From NCBI GenBank assembly GCA_009914755.4, contig CP068257.2, positions 39,616,001-39,680,000 of the forward strand: DNA of 64,000 nucleotides. Direction: 5' to 3'. This document shows positions 15,226 to 29,533 of this stretch, piece by piece. The first letter of the stretch is position 1, and every line of letters starts with the position of its first letter. A model generated the notes under the pieces. It ran no database searches and had not been told where the DNA came from. It saw only the letters and a program-made list of their open reading frames with translations. Source of the stretch: the human T2T-CHM13v2.0 reference genome, Homo sapiens. A program made the position numbers and the translations under genes.

Positions 15226-15545
15226 TTTATTTTATTTTATTTTATTTCATTTATTATTATTTTTTTTAGATGGAGTCTCGCTCTGTCGCCCAGGCTGGAG
15301 TGCAGTGACGCGATCTCAGCTCACTGCAGCCTCCGCCTCCCTGTTCAAGCGATTCTCCTGCCTCAGCCTCCTGAGAAGCTGGGACTACAGGTGCGCGCCA
15401 CCTTGCCCGGCTAATTTTTGTATTTTTAGTAGAGATGGGGTTTCACCATGCTAGCCAGGCCGTTCTCGAACTCCTGACTTCATGATCCGCCCACCTCAGC
15501 CTCCCAAAGTGCTGGGATTACAAGCGTGAGCCACCGCGCCTGGCT
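15226..15545 (-). mobile_element. Full-length Alu, preceded by a (TTTTA)n tail complement, with target-site duplication TCCTTGTTT(T)ATTTT.
   Basis: It is the reverse complement of Alu, GATGGAGTCTCGCTCTGTCGCCCAGGCTGGAGTGCAGTG...GTGAGCCACCGCGCCTGGC. Confidence 0.9.
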
Positions 15546-15709
15546 CCTTGTTTATTTTTTAAGCATTGATATTTGTTTCATGACATTGTCACGAAGTAGA
15601 AGCCCTGATTGCAGTGAAGTTTCTCTTTACAAGTGCATGCTTCTCTGTGTAACCTGTTGATATGTCTGTGTATTTTTTCTCTTATACCTGTAAATATTTC
15701 CTGTCCCAG

Positions 15710-15844
15710 GTCTTGGGTGGAATTGAACCAAGTTTGTATAAAGGAGACATCTGGTATACCCCTATTAAGGAAGAGTGGTACTACCAGATAGAAATTCTGA
15801 AATTGGAAATTGGAGGCCAAAGCCTTAATCTGGACTGCAGAGAG
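15710..15844 (+). CDS. BACE2: BACE2 coding exon 5, 135 nt, encoding VLGGIEPSLYKGDIWYTPIKEEWYYQIEILKLEIGGQSLNLDCRE.
   Basis: The acceptor is ctgtcccag|GTCTTG and the donor is GAG|gtattt. It matches the ORF track entry 15662..15898 and the BACE1 paralogue sequence [41 protein letters not shown]. Confidence 0.9.
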
Positions 15845-17139
15845 GTATTTATGCTATGGTCTCTGTTGTGTCTTTCTGTGTATGTCTGGGTCCCTTAAAT
15901 ATGCCAGCTGGAACCCGTAGATGCCAATAGAAGGTACATTACCTCGTAAGATAAAGGCTCATTACATGAAAAGATGCAGGGCCTTGCTGTACAGTAAGTT
16001 GAAATCAATTAATTGTCCTCCCTCCCCACCCCAAATATTGCATCCTCCCAACCACTTATCTTCATAGGGCAAAATTACCATTAAATGGTGAGTGAAGAGG
16101 ACTATCTGAGCTACACCTTTCACCATTCATTCATCTTGGATTGATGGTCCCTAAGCTCAGTTTAAGAGGTTGAAATAAACAGATTTTTAATCAGTGTAGG
16201 ACAGAGAAGGACGAAAATTAAGCAAAATGAAACCGAAAAGATCATCAGCTTTTATCCTCCATTCACAGCTAGCCTGGCCCCCAGAGTACCCAATTCTCCC
16301 TAAAAAACGGTCATGCTGTATAGATGTGTGTGGCTTGGTAGTGCTAAAGTGGCCACATACAGAGCTCTGACACCAAACCTCAGGACCATGTTCATGCCTT
16401 CTCACTGAGTTTTGGCTTGTTCGTGACACATTATGACATTATGATTATGATGACTTGTGAGAGCCTCAGTCTTCTATAGCACTTTTAGAATGCTTTATAA
16501 AAACCATGGGGATGTCATTATATTCTAACCTGTTAGCACTTCTGTTCGTATTACCCATCACATCCCAACATCAATTCTCATATATGCAGGTACCTCTTGT
16601 CACGCGCGTCCATGTAAGGAGACCACAAAACAGGCTTTGTTTGAGCAACAAGGTTTTTATTTCACCTGGGTGCAGGTGGGCTGAGTCTGAAAAGAGAGTC
16701 AGTGAAGGGAGACAGGGGTGGGTCCACTTTATAAGATTTGGGTAGGTAGTGGAAAATTACAATCAAAGGGGGTTGTTCTCTGGCTGGCCAGGGTGGGGGT
16801 CACAAGGTGCTCAGTGGGAGAGCCTTTGAGCCAGGATGAGCCAGAAGGAATTTCACAAGGTAATGTCATCAGTTAAGGCAGGGACCGGCCATTTTCACTT
16901 CTTTTGTGATTCTTCACTTGCTTCAGGCCATCTGGACGTATAGGTGCAGGTCACAGTCACAGGGGATAAGATGGCAATGGCATAGCTTGGGCTCAGAGGC
17001 CTGACACCTCTGAGAAACTAAAGATTATAAAAATGATGGTCGCTTCTATTGCAAATCTGTGTTTATTGTCAAGAGGCACTTATTTGCCAATTAAGAACCC
17101 AGTGGTAGAATCAAATGTCCGAATGTAAAACAAAATACA

Positions 17140-17146
<7 letters not shown>

Positions 17147-17170
<24 letters not shown>

Positions 17171-17198
17171 AGTGTGTGTGTATGTGTGTGTGTGTGTA
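17147..17198. repeat. (GT)n dinucleotide microsatellite, about 25 units with minor interruptions.
   Basis: Read directly: ctgtgtgtgtgtgtgtgtgtgtgtgagtgtgtgtgtatgtgtgtgtgtgtgt. Confidence 0.95.
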
Positions 17199-18133
17199 TT
17201 AGAGAGGAAAAGCCTGTATTTGGAGGTGTGATTCTTAGATTCTAGGTTCTTTCCTGCCCACCCCATATGCACCCACCCCACAAAAGAACAAACAACAAAT
17301 CCCAGGACATCTTAGCGCAACATTTCAGTTTGCATATTTTACATATTTACTTTTCTTACATATTAAAAAACTGAAAATTTTATGAACACGCTAAGTTATA
17401 TTTTAAATTAAGTTTGTTTTTACACTGAAAATAATTTAATATTTGTGAAGAATACTAATACATTGGTATATTTCATTTTCTTAAAATTCTGAACCCCTCT
17501 TCCCTTATTTCCTTTTGACCCGATTGGTGTATTGGTCATGTGACTCATGGATTTGCCTTAAGGCAGGAGGATCAGGTCACCCAGGACTCATTCCATCCCT
17601 GGGTAGACTTGCCTATGCAGCTGTGCCCGTAGTGGTTGGGGTGGCTCATCTGGTGTTGGCCACTGGTGTCCATTCTCCTCCCTCTGCCACATGAAGAACA
17701 TTGCAGGTGAGGACAGGGCTGGCAGCGCCTGTGTGTGTCTCAGTCTATGATGCACTGTGGCCCTGGTTCTGTTCCCAGTGCAAATATGGGATGTCTGTTG
17801 AAAAATTGTCCATCCTTCTCTTCGTTAGTGAGGTCATAGAGAATTGATTTGTGTACAGTTTGTACAAATGGCTTTTAATATATTTCAGCCTCAAAAGACA
17901 AATAGGTCTTCCCTCTGCCCTGGGGCAGGAGTGCAGGTCCTCAATGAAGGAACTTGGGCACCTCTGAGTAAGGAAAGAGCTGTGCCTTGGGAGGGCTATT
18001 GATTTGCTAATTTGGGCCGTGTCCCCTCCCTTTCCTGGGTCCATTTCCTTGTCTCTGAAGTGAGCGTGTTGGGTTGGAAGACCCCTGGTTCCCCAGTTCT
18101 GAGAACATGAATGAACTACACAGTCCATGATGA

Positions 18134-18388
<255 letters not shown>

Positions 18389-19529
18389 TGAGTTACAGTC
18401 ACCTGCTGAGGAGCAGCACTGCGTGTTCTGAGCATCTCTGAACTATTGCGCCATGTATTTCCAATTTTCATATTGTGTATTTGTATATTTTATATGTAAT
18501 AGTATAGGTGTAATATGTAAATATATTTTATATGTATTTAAAATCTTTATATTTTGAAGGGTTTTGTTTCAACTATTACTTGTTAATTTCACAATCCCTT
18601 TCTTTGATGTTAGCAAATAGTACCTTCATGAACCTCAGAGGACTTGGATCTGAATGTGCAATGCCCTCTAGTATTTCAAATAATAGTTCAGTTGGTATAG
18701 TATTTTTTTAATCTGCAAAAAACAATACTTGCTAATATAACTATGTTAGAGTAAACAATAAATCAAGAATAAATTTATAGCCTTTGAAACAAAACAAACC
18801 AAAAATTTTACTCCTTTTTGGCTTTCATCCCTGCACTGGTATCTTAACTTCTGTTTGTATAAAAGAATACCATTTTTTCACAGAAGACAAAGAACAATCA
18901 GCCAATCTAATAATTATTTTATGGCCATGCTCTGAAATACAATTAAAATTATGATTGTGGACAATATGCCTTTTCGGGACCTGGCTGATGGTATTTCTGG
19001 TGTGACCCCAACTTTCCAGTCAGTTCAGGGCAATAAACATTGGATACAGGACAGCTTTGGGGATGAAATAGAATTAAATTTAGTGTAGTTTTTGCCACTT
19101 TTAGCTGGATGCCTGGCGAGGGGTTTTGTGCCCTCTGAGAGCCTCCGTCTTCTCAACTGAGGGGTGGTTGTGAGTTTTGGGTCAAATGCTTGGTGTTTAG
19201 TAGATGCTTGGAGCTTCCATGAAACATGCAACCACGGCGTTGCTGCTATTTGTTCAGATGCGAGAGGAACATGACTTTTGGCTGCCTGAGTGTTCTCATA
19301 GCATCTGGGCCTTCCTTGTGAGATCGTCAGAAAGTGTTTCCTGCACAAAGCCTGTACTGCGGCCCTGGCGTGGGGCTGATTGTCCCGCTACTCTGCTGTG
19401 ATGGCTGAATTCAAAGAGTGGCCGATAGGAGCACGTATGGTGGGTGCCTTGTTAACAGCTCATAGCAGAAACGTGACAAGCGGGAGAGGGCTTTGGGTTG
19501 TCCTGAACTTCAAACACCTGTAACTGCTG

Positions 19530-20020
19530 CGGGAAGAGCGGCACGTGGATGAAACGGACACAGAGGGGGAATAGGCAGGAAAGGACGCGGGCTCTTTTCG
19601 AAGCAGCAGGTCTCAAGGCGGCCAGCCACTGGCGCAGCTGCAGCTGAAGCCACGGCAGAGTCTCCATCCTTCCCACTATCTGCTGAATCAGAGAAAGTGG
19701 CAGGCAACATTTTTAGTGCCTTAAATTTAGAACGCTTGCTCAAAATCAGACCCTACTTAAAATAAGGAGCGATACCCTCATTTCTTAAATAGTAAAAATG
19801 CCCTCAGCAGAATTAACGGGAGTATCTTCCAACTTCATATCCTGAATGGAAAAGTCTGTCCACCATCCCGAGGACGTGTTTGAAGCGCAGTGTGAAAATC
19901 CAGCAAGTCGTGGACCGGCCAGACCCCTGTGCCGTGAGAGGCGGGGCGGCGGGGCCGTGGGGCGCTCGCACTCCCGAGCTCATCGTGGCATGCGCTGAGC
20001 CGAAAACCACGAGGTAGAAG
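19530..20020. promoter_or_regulatory. CpG-rich cluster, resembling a candidate CpG island, inside the BACE2 intron between coding exons 6 and 7.
   Basis: I counted about 17 CpG dinucleotides within 19868-20015, for example ccggccagacccctgtgccgtgagaggcggggcggcggggccgtggggcgctcgcactcccgagc, plus another 8 in 19540-19640. The surrounding intron is CpG-depleted. Confidence 0.3.
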
Positions 20021-21378
20021 GAATGAGATCACAACATTTGTTTGCGTTGTCTAAAATTATCCTCTGATTTCATTCGGTGCCTGCGTCAGGAGGGAGAAAC
20101 ATGGGAAGGTTGTTTGTCTTGGGCAGGGAAAGCATCACAAGGGCGCGTTGTGTGTCTGGCTTACCGTCTCTGGACCAAAGCTGTGTTTGTTTTTCTTATC
20201 TACCAGTTCCAGTAAGCCAAACCTCTTGGCGTGGGTTTCCTTCTGGTTAAGGGGAGGGCTGGCTTCAGAGAGTGAAAGACAATAAAAACGTGGAGCTCTG
20301 TCCCCTGGCATGGATTGTTCAGATGGGATTCTAGAAATTAAGGGTTTGGAGTTCTGTATTTAGAAATGAACCTGGAGCGGGGAGTGTTGTACAAGGTGCA
20401 GCCCATGCAGAGGCACCGAGACCTGGGCTCGTTCCGACCCTGCCGCAGTGCCCGCTTGGCTCAGGCCCAGCGCCTCTCTAAGGAGGAAATCCAGACGCAA
20501 AATAATACCCACTTGAAAATGACTTCTAACTTTAACACTCTGTGATCTGAGGGTCGAAACTGGCTCCCAAGGACACGTGGCTTCACCCCCAGGGAGGCTG
20601 CCAGACTTTTGGTTAAGGACCATGGCTCTGGGGACAGTAAGTCCCACATCCGAATCTGAGGTGAGCTCCCCAGGCCAGTCACTTGGCCCCTTGGAACCTC
20701 CTTGTCCACCTGCCGTTGGAGCTGGTCATGGCACTATCATCTGAGCTCTGTACCCCGTGTCCCGCTGCAGACCTGGCCACCGAAACTCTTCCCCGAATCC
20801 AGCAAAATGACCATCCCACCTCTTCTGAGCATGTCTGAGAAGGGGCTCTCCCTGTGATGCACATCTTCAGTAGACTTCGCTCTTTCACAAAGCAAAGATG
20901 CATTAATGCCAGCATTAGAAATTTCACAAATCAATCACAAATGGTCTGAGTGGAGAACATGGGATGGATGAACCAACCACAGGGTGCTTTCTCCCCAGCT
21001 GCACGCCCTGGTGAGGAGGGCAGGTGTCTGCAGTGCGCGTGGTTACGTGGCACGTACCACCCCTGATATTCAGTGCGTGGACATCGGCAGATGCATACAG
21101 GGGCACCCGCATGTTTTTTCAGTTGTGGTCTTGGCAGCGTTCTGTCCCATTTTCCTGTCTTCTGTTCTAACTATCCTTTTGGTTTCTATAAGACTCTTCT
21201 CCCTCCTCCTTGGACTCTCCCTGTCCCTGTGCCCCTCCTCGTGGAGCCTCTTCTTCTGGCCTGAGCCACCTGTTCTTGCTGCACACCCTCCTACGTGATC
21301 CCATCCTTAGCCTCATCGATACCTCCTGCTCACCTGTCAGTGCCTCTGGAGTGTGTGTCTAGCCCAGGCCCATCCCCT

Positions 21379-21807
21379 GGAACTCAGGGGACTCAGGACT
21401 AGTGGGCATGTACACTTGGCCTCAGGGGACTCAGGATTAGTGAGCCCCACATGTACACTTGGCCTCAGTGGACTCAGGACTAGTGAGCCCCACATGTACA
21501 CTTGGCCTCAGGGGACTCAGGATTAGTGAGCCCCCACATGTACACTTGGCCTCAGGGGACTCAGGATTAGTGAGCCCCACATGTACACTTGGCCTCAGGG
21601 GACTCAGGATTAGTGAGCCCCACATGTACACTTGGCCTCAGGGGACTCAGGATTAGTGAGCCCCACATGTACACTTGGCCTCAGGGGACTCAGGACTAGT
21701 GAGCCCCACATGTACACTTGGCCTCAGGGGACTCAGAACTAGTGAGCCCCACATGTACACTTGGCTTCAGGGGACTCAGGATTAGTGAGCCCCACATGTA
21801 CACTTGG
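21379..21807. repeat. Minisatellite of about 10 tandem copies of a 43-bp unit, TGTACACTTGGCCTCAGGGGACTCAGGATTAGTGAGCCCCACA, with one 44-bp variant and attagt/actagt alternation.
   Basis: Unit starts are read directly at 21409, 21452, 21495, 21539, 21582, 21625, 21668, 21711, 21754 and 21797. Copies abut with no unique spacers between them. Confidence 0.9.
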
Positions 21808-23126
21808 ACACGTGAACCACATCGATGTGCTGCAGAGCTCAGCCCTCTGCAGATGAAATGTGGTCATGGCATTCCTTCACAGTGGCACCCCTCGTTCCCT
21901 CCCCACCTCATCTCCCATTCTTGTCTGTCTTCAGCACCTGCCATGTCCAGCCGGCAGATTCCACCGCAGCATCTTCTGCAGCACCCCCGACCACACACCT
22001 CCCCAGCGCCTGCTTGGCCCTCCAGCCCAGCTCCCGCCTTTCTTCCTTGGGGAAGCTCCCTGGACAGACACCCCCTCCTCCCAGCCATGGCTTTTTCCTG
22101 CTCTGCCCCACGCGGGACCCTGCCCTGGATGTGCTACAATAGACACATCAGATACAGTCCTTCCTCAGCAGCCGGCAGACCCAGGGTGGACTGCTCGGGG
22201 CCTGCCTGTGAGGTCACACAGGTGTCGTTAACTTGCCATCTCAGCAACTAGTGAATATGGGCAGATGCTACCTTCCTTCCGGTTCCCTGGTGAGAGGTAC
22301 TGGTGGATGTCCTGTGTTGCCGGCCACCTTTTGTCCCTGGATGCCATTTATTTTTTTCCACAAATATTTCCCAGGTCTCTTCTGTGTGCAAGGTATTAGG
22401 GCTGCAGCGGGGGCCAGGCCACAGATCTCTGTCCTGAGAAGACTTGGATTCTAGTGCAGGAGACTGAAGTGTATCACACCAATCAGTGTAAATTGTTAAC
22501 TGCCACAAGGAGAAAGGCCAGGAAGGAGTGGGGCATGGTGGTGTTCTAGTGTTACAAGAAGAAGCCAGGGAGGGCTTCCTGGATGAAGTGGCATCTGACC
22601 TGGGATCTGGAGGAGGAGAAAAATGTCCCAAAAGAGCAGAGAGCCCACCCTAGGCTCTGCACCAGGAGGCAACTTGCTGGGCTTATGGAATTCAGAGGGC
22701 AAGTGATAAGCAGAAAGTCCTTGGGGGCCACAATTAGGATTTCTGTCTTCTAAAGGGCCTCTGCCCTCTGCTGTGTGACCTTGGGCAAGTTACTTCACCT
22801 CTAGTGCTTTGGTTGCCTCATCTGTAAAGTGGTGAGGATAATGCTATCACACTGGTTGAGAATTGAAGTAATTATTGCTGCAAAGGGCTTATAAGGGTGT
22901 CTAATACTAGTACTAGTAGGTACTTCGTGTGTCTTGACAATTTTAATCATTATTATTTTGTCATCACCGTCACTCTTCCAGGGGACTAATGTCCCTGCTG
23001 TTCTGTCCAAATTAAACATTGTTTATCCCTGTGGGCATCTGGCGAGGTGGCTAGGAAAGCCTGGAGCTGTTTCCTGTTGACGTGCCAGACTAGTCATGGT
23101 TTCTCATGTGATCTTGTTTTGTCTAG

Positions 23127-23279
<153 letters not shown>

Positions 23280-23874
23280 TGAACTTGGATTTGTGCTTTG
23301 CTCTTTTTATCATGCAAAAGAGAAAGCACTCCATGCATGACACGTGTATTAGATGTCACACCTGCATTAGATCTCTATCACCACAATAATGCTGCAAAAG
23401 ACAGCCACACATATTACTGCTCCTGAGTCCAGGCAGGGCGGTGTCCCTTGGCCGGGCTCACTCACGTGTCTCTACTCAGCTGGTGGTTGGCTGGGTCCCG
23501 GTTGGCCTCCACCCAGGCTGGTGTAGGATGGTCTCACTCACATATCTGGTGGCGAGGTGGATGGAGGAACAGAGCCATGCGTTTCTCTCCATTCAGTGTC
23601 TGAGTCACATGTGGTAACAGGGACCTGGGAGAGAGAAAAGAACCACACAGGGGCTCCTGAAGTGTCAGCCCAGAACTAGCCACTATCTCTTCCATGATGC
23701 TGCCCAAACAAGCCCAAGGCTAGCCCAGATTCCGAGGATGAGGGAAAAGATGCCCCTCGCACTGGGAGGAGCCATGGAGCCGCATTGCCAAGGGTGTGGC
23801 TACAAGGAAAAGGGAAGACCTGGAGACATTTTTGTCACACCTACCACATCACCCTTATACATTTTTCCTGTTTA

Positions 23875-24225
<351 letters not shown>

Positions 24226-25534
24226 CTAGATTGCCCAAGGTGAAGACATCATTTTTTTCCTATACTCCCAGTACCCACTGACTCCCTCTTTATCCTACAC
24301 GTCTAATGAAATGGACCACGTCTGTCTTCCTCAGTCCCATTTCTCACCTCTTCCTCCTCCCCTCCGTTACTGAGCCCTTGCGCGTGTGGCTCTCACCAGC
24401 ACTTCTGTAACCTGCAGAGTGCTGCTGTGCTCCTGAGCCCCCACCCTCTCTTCTTTTTGAAACTGTTGTCAGATCAGTCTTCCTAAACCACCACTTTCAC
24501 CCGAGCCTCCCCTGCTATGAGTAAGCAGTGCGTCCCCATGATTTAAATGCTCAGGGCTCGCTCCTGGCATCGCTGTCCATGGCCTCCCACCAGACCCCTC
24601 CTAGTTCCTCAGTGTTTTCACTGAACCCCAACCCTCTGCTGGGTGGCCACTGACCCTCAAGGCCTCTTGCCTGCAACTGTCTCCTAACCTTTGTTCCACC
24701 AACCCCCCTGCCTGAAATGCCCTCCCTTCCTTACTCCGCCCATATATCCAGATTCTTCCCATCCTTTAAGACTCAACTCAAACAACCCAGCTTTTGTTGA
24801 AACCATGCCGAGCAGAATAACCCATTTGTGAGGTTGCACCTCCCACTCAGCACGCATATTTTCTGGTCTGCTCATCTGGCATGGAATCTTATCTTTAGGG
24901 TACGTTTTATGCTGTTGCCTTTTTCATTTGACTTCTGTTTTCTTAACTTCTATTTCGTTTTCAATTAATTATAAATTCCTTGAAGGTGAGAGCTGTGGGG
25001 GTAAAAGATTGTCCTTCCTTCCCCAACGCCACCAGGCCGTGGAGGGAAAGTACATCAGAACTGTTTGTGGAATGGACACATCAATATGTCTTTGTTGCAA
25101 TTGATGAATTTGAGATAAAGGGAATTGGACTGCAGGGACAAGGAAGGAGGCGTAATTTCAGGAGAAAAAAAGTAAATGGTACTACTGCCTTTTCCCATTT
25201 TCATCTTTACGTTGTGGGGATGTGCTTTCCAGAAAAGGAGAGATCTTGGGGAAAGGATTGAAAGCTCCAGGAGAAATTCAGGCCGACAGGAGATACCACG
25301 CTCTCAGGAGAGGCTTGAGTAACACGCTCAGCACTGCCCTTCCCTCACACCGTAACTTTGAGCAAAGCATTTAGCCCTGCCTGTGTCTCTTTAACTATAA
25401 AGGAGAAACAATAATACCTACCAAAGACATTTTCAGAAGAATGCAGTATCCTTGGATGAATGGCACTGCACTGAATGATATTACAATGCTATGTTTTCAG
25501 CATCTTTAAATCATCTTTAAAATCATGTGCTCTT

Positions 25535-25851
<317 letters not shown>

Positions 25852-28436
25852 TTACATTTTGGCTAGTAGAGCGGCAAAATGTGGACATTATTTCATCAGT
25901 GTGGTGTGTAATAATGTCAAAACCCAGCTTGAGGACCCAGGTGTGCACTGCTGAATAAATGTCAGGCACCAAGGACTCGTAAGAAGCAGGAGGAGAAGGC
26001 AGGCATTAGGGGGAAACCTCAGTCCAGGTGGGTCACAGCCGGGAAGGCTTGCTTGGCTTCCTCAATAGCTTTTAGGACCCAGCACTGGGCAAGCTCAGGA
26101 GCAGAATGAGAGGGGTTTGGGAGCATTTCATCTCATTTGCACATCTCTGCATAAGAATTCATTATTGCTTTCACTTATAATGGTAGATATTTTTTGGTTG
26201 TCTTTGACATGTTCAGATTTTTTATTTTTAAAAATCCACTTTGCCTGCTGTTTTCCTGATTTCTTACTCAGCATCACATTCCACTTGCTTTCCATTCCCT
26301 TTCTGGGAGGGGACTCCAGTAGGAAGCTGGGAAAGATCACCTGGTGAGACCCCACACGCTCCATGTTTCCCAGCAGAAAGGCTCTGCCCAGCAGCCTTTC
26401 TAACACCAGGGGAAACCGCCAGGGTTCTTGTCCTCAGAGTTTTAGGATGGGGCCCTACCTGGGACCTCTCAAACATGAGCCCTAATAAGTGGGCAAACGA
26501 TTGCTCCTGCAGAAAAGAGTCAATTCGAAAGCAATTACTTTAAACTTTGTCTATACCCAACACTATTTTCCAAAAGCCCATGGGCTGAATCCTATGTGGC
26601 CTGTTAAAAAACAGCAGCTGGCAGCCCACAGGGGAGCTCTAAGGTTTCTTCACAGCTTCTACTTTATCCCTACTTGACCTGCTCTTCAGTGTGGTCACAT
26701 GGCAGCCCCTCCCTGCTGGTCTCCTCTCAGTCTTTTCTGCTCCCTCCAAAATCACCCCTCACAGTCCCTCAAACCCCCTACAGCCAGAAGGCCCAGGACT
26801 CTGTGTATTAGTGTGTCTGCCTGTTTCATCCAAGTCTTTCTTCCTGTCTCTGCCCTTTAAGGCTAATCATTACTCACAGGAAGGTTCGTTTTCTTACTCA
26901 TTTTGCACTCTTGCTTTTCTCCAAACAGGGGCATTTTGTCATACTCAGCTGCTGTACTCTCTAATTGCCTGCATTTGAATTATTTGCTATCCAAAAGCCA
27001 AGAAATTGTTACTGCTGGTAGGATATTGATTTGCTCACTGATTGTGTTCAGGTTTGACCCATTTCCCCACATACTCTTGGCTCCAGGGATATCAATGGCC
27101 GACTCATCTTCATTTAACACTGCACAGCACCTGTGGGAACTGGCCCTCCTGAACAGCAGAACTGCTGACCCACAGATGCTGTCTTCTCTCTGATGTTGAT
27201 TACTTCTTCCTCTTTTCACTGAGGAAATTGTCCTGCCTCCGTCAGGCTGCCTACTTTTAAAACTCTGTCTGCCCGAGGGGCGCATGATGAGCTCTGGGCC
27301 AGCTAGGAGCCATTGCAGTGGATCCCAAGGGACGAGGACAGTGAGGACTTGGCCTGAGTTGGGCGAGGGAGTGATTTGATTCCGCTTCGGTTTCACAGGA
27401 AGGCTCACAAGGGTCTGGTTACAGTCTCCATGCAGGCTAAGAGAGAAAAGGACTGGCCCAGCACTATAGGGCCTGAGTAACTGGGTGAATCATGAATTTA
27501 CTGAGACAGAGAACTGTGGGAGAGGTCTGATTTGGGGGGAACAGCCAGCATTCAGGTTTTACAGGTTACACGGGAAATGCCGATTGAGAGGTGGGCAGGC
27601 AGGCGGACACAAGCATGTGGCAATGGTGGCCCAGGTCTGGGCTGGAGAGGAGGAGTTGGGAGTCTCACGCTAGATCACGGGGTGACCTAGGGCCATGGGG
27701 TGGGGCCAGATGGGTCACCCAAGGAGGGAAGATTGAGAGGAGGCCAGAGCCTGAGAGTGCTCCGATGCTTGCAGGGGAGGAAGATGAAGGAAATCCAATA
27801 CAGTGCCTGAGAAGGAGCAGCCAGGGAGTTAGGGAGAAGAATGCAGCCCTCTTAGAGTCCAAGTGAAGAAAGCGTCCACACGGACGAAGTGATTAGTGGT
27901 CAGCAGTACCCATAGAGGGTGTCTGTGGGGGCACTTCCCGCCCTATGGTTACTGCCTGGTTCCCCCTAGATTGGAAGCCTCGAGGGAGCAGGGACTGTGT
28001 GTCATTCACCGTTGTAGTGCTGGTGCAGAGAGCAGCACCTGAGCCATGTGAAGTCCTCAGCAGATAACTGCTGGGCAGATAGCCAGATGGACATGAGGAC
28101 TAAACTCTGACTTTTTTTTTAATTCTCTTGCCCAAAATTCCTACCTAAGGGGCCTGGGGAGTCCGCTCTACACACCATAAAGTTTCACCAGAAGGGTTTT
28201 ATTTAACCTTGTATAACATGGCCTGCTTTCCAGCCTAGCTCTGGCATAACATCACATAACAAATAAGGAAAGAAATCAAAATATTTTAACCCCAAATATA
28301 TTTCCTTTTCATATTTTGAAATTGCCCTGCAGAGTTGTCTCTTGTGAGAAAAATCTACATTGTATAGAGAATCCCCTTTTCCCTTTTTTTATTCTTTCCA
28401 GATCTAGAAGATAATCAACTAAGAGTCAGGCAACCT

Positions 28437-28848
28437 TTTTTTTTTGTTTGTTTGTTTTGTTTTTTTTTTGTTTAATACATATATACTTTAAGTTCTGGGG
28501 TACATGTGCAGAATGTGCAGGTTTGTTACATAGTTATACAGGTGGCATGGTGATTTGTTGCGCCCATCAACCCGTCACCTGCATTAGGTATTTCTCCTAA
28601 TGTTATCCCTCCCCTAGCCCTCTACCCCCTGACAGGTCCTGGTGTGTGATGTTCCTCTCCGTATGTCCATGTGTTCTTATTGTTCAACTCCCACTTATGA
28701 GTGAGAACATGTGGTGTTTGGTTTTCTGTTCTTGTGATAGTTTGCTGAGAATGATGGTTTTCAGCTTTATCCATGTCCCTGCAAAGGACATAAACTCATC
28801 CTTTTTTATGGCTGCATAGTATTCCATGGTATATATGAAGGCACCCTT
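28437..28848 (-). mobile_element. L1 3'-end fragment on the minus strand. It is the second L1 3' UTR copy in the window.
   Basis: A poly-T run is followed by TTTAAGTTCTGGGGTACATGTGCAGAATGTGCAGGTTTGTTACATAG...CCATGGTATATAT, which is the reverse complement of the L1 3' terminus seen at 10826-11310. Confidence 0.85.
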
Positions 28849-29533
28849 TTAAATTCTGTAAGACACATTTCACAACCTCTTTTCTTCACAGCCTGCTAAC
28901 TAAAAGCTTCCTCTGCACAATAAAACTTTGGTCTCTTAATCCAAACATTTCCTTTCCATTGATCCCAGGTTAGATAAACTTAACCAATTATCAACCAGAA
29001 AATTTTTAATTTACCTCTAGCCTGGAAGCCCCACTTTGACTTGTCCTGCCTTTCTGAACCAAACCAATGGACATCTTAAAAGTATTTGATTGATGTCTCA
29101 TGTCTCTCAAAATTGTATAAAACCAGGCTGTGCCCTAACCACCTTGGGCACATGTTCTCCGGACCTCCTGAGGCTGTCTCATGGGCCATGGTCACTCATA
29201 CTTGGCTCAGAATAAATCTCTTCAAAATATTTTACAGAGTTTGACTCTTTTCATCAGCAAACAGTTGGACAGACGTCTTCTGGGTGTGTGCACCTGTGTG
29301 TAACTCCAGGTGGTGCATGTGGGTCACCTGTGCTGTCACTGATCAATAATATTGATCACCATGCTTTTGATCTTCTCTCCTCCTGGATGGCAGGGTGAGA
29401 TCATCTTTCTTCTCCCGTGACTCCCCCCAGCGCCTGGGAGGGTCCTGAGCATGCGTGTGACCTCAGCAATTTTGTGATACTGCCTGATTTGTGCTTTTTC
29501 TTGTTTGTTTGCTCTCTCCTCTCCGACAAACAG

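Noticed and set aside
21379-21807. A regularly spaced 43-bp direct-repeat array that superficially resembles a CRISPR locus.
   Set aside because: The repeats abut with no unique spacers. The context is a mammalian intron surrounded by Alu, L1 and LTR elements. It is therefore a minisatellite.
21718-22251. A 177-aa ORF on the + strand, with overlapping ORFs 21825..22142 and 21860..22231 and three minus-strand ORFs 21864..22146.
   Set aside because: It starts inside the 43-bp minisatellite and runs through a CT-rich low-complexity segment. Six overlapping frames stay open at once, which indicates compositional bias. The products are P/S/A-rich with no domain-like pattern, there are no splice signals, and the region lies inside a BACE2 intron.
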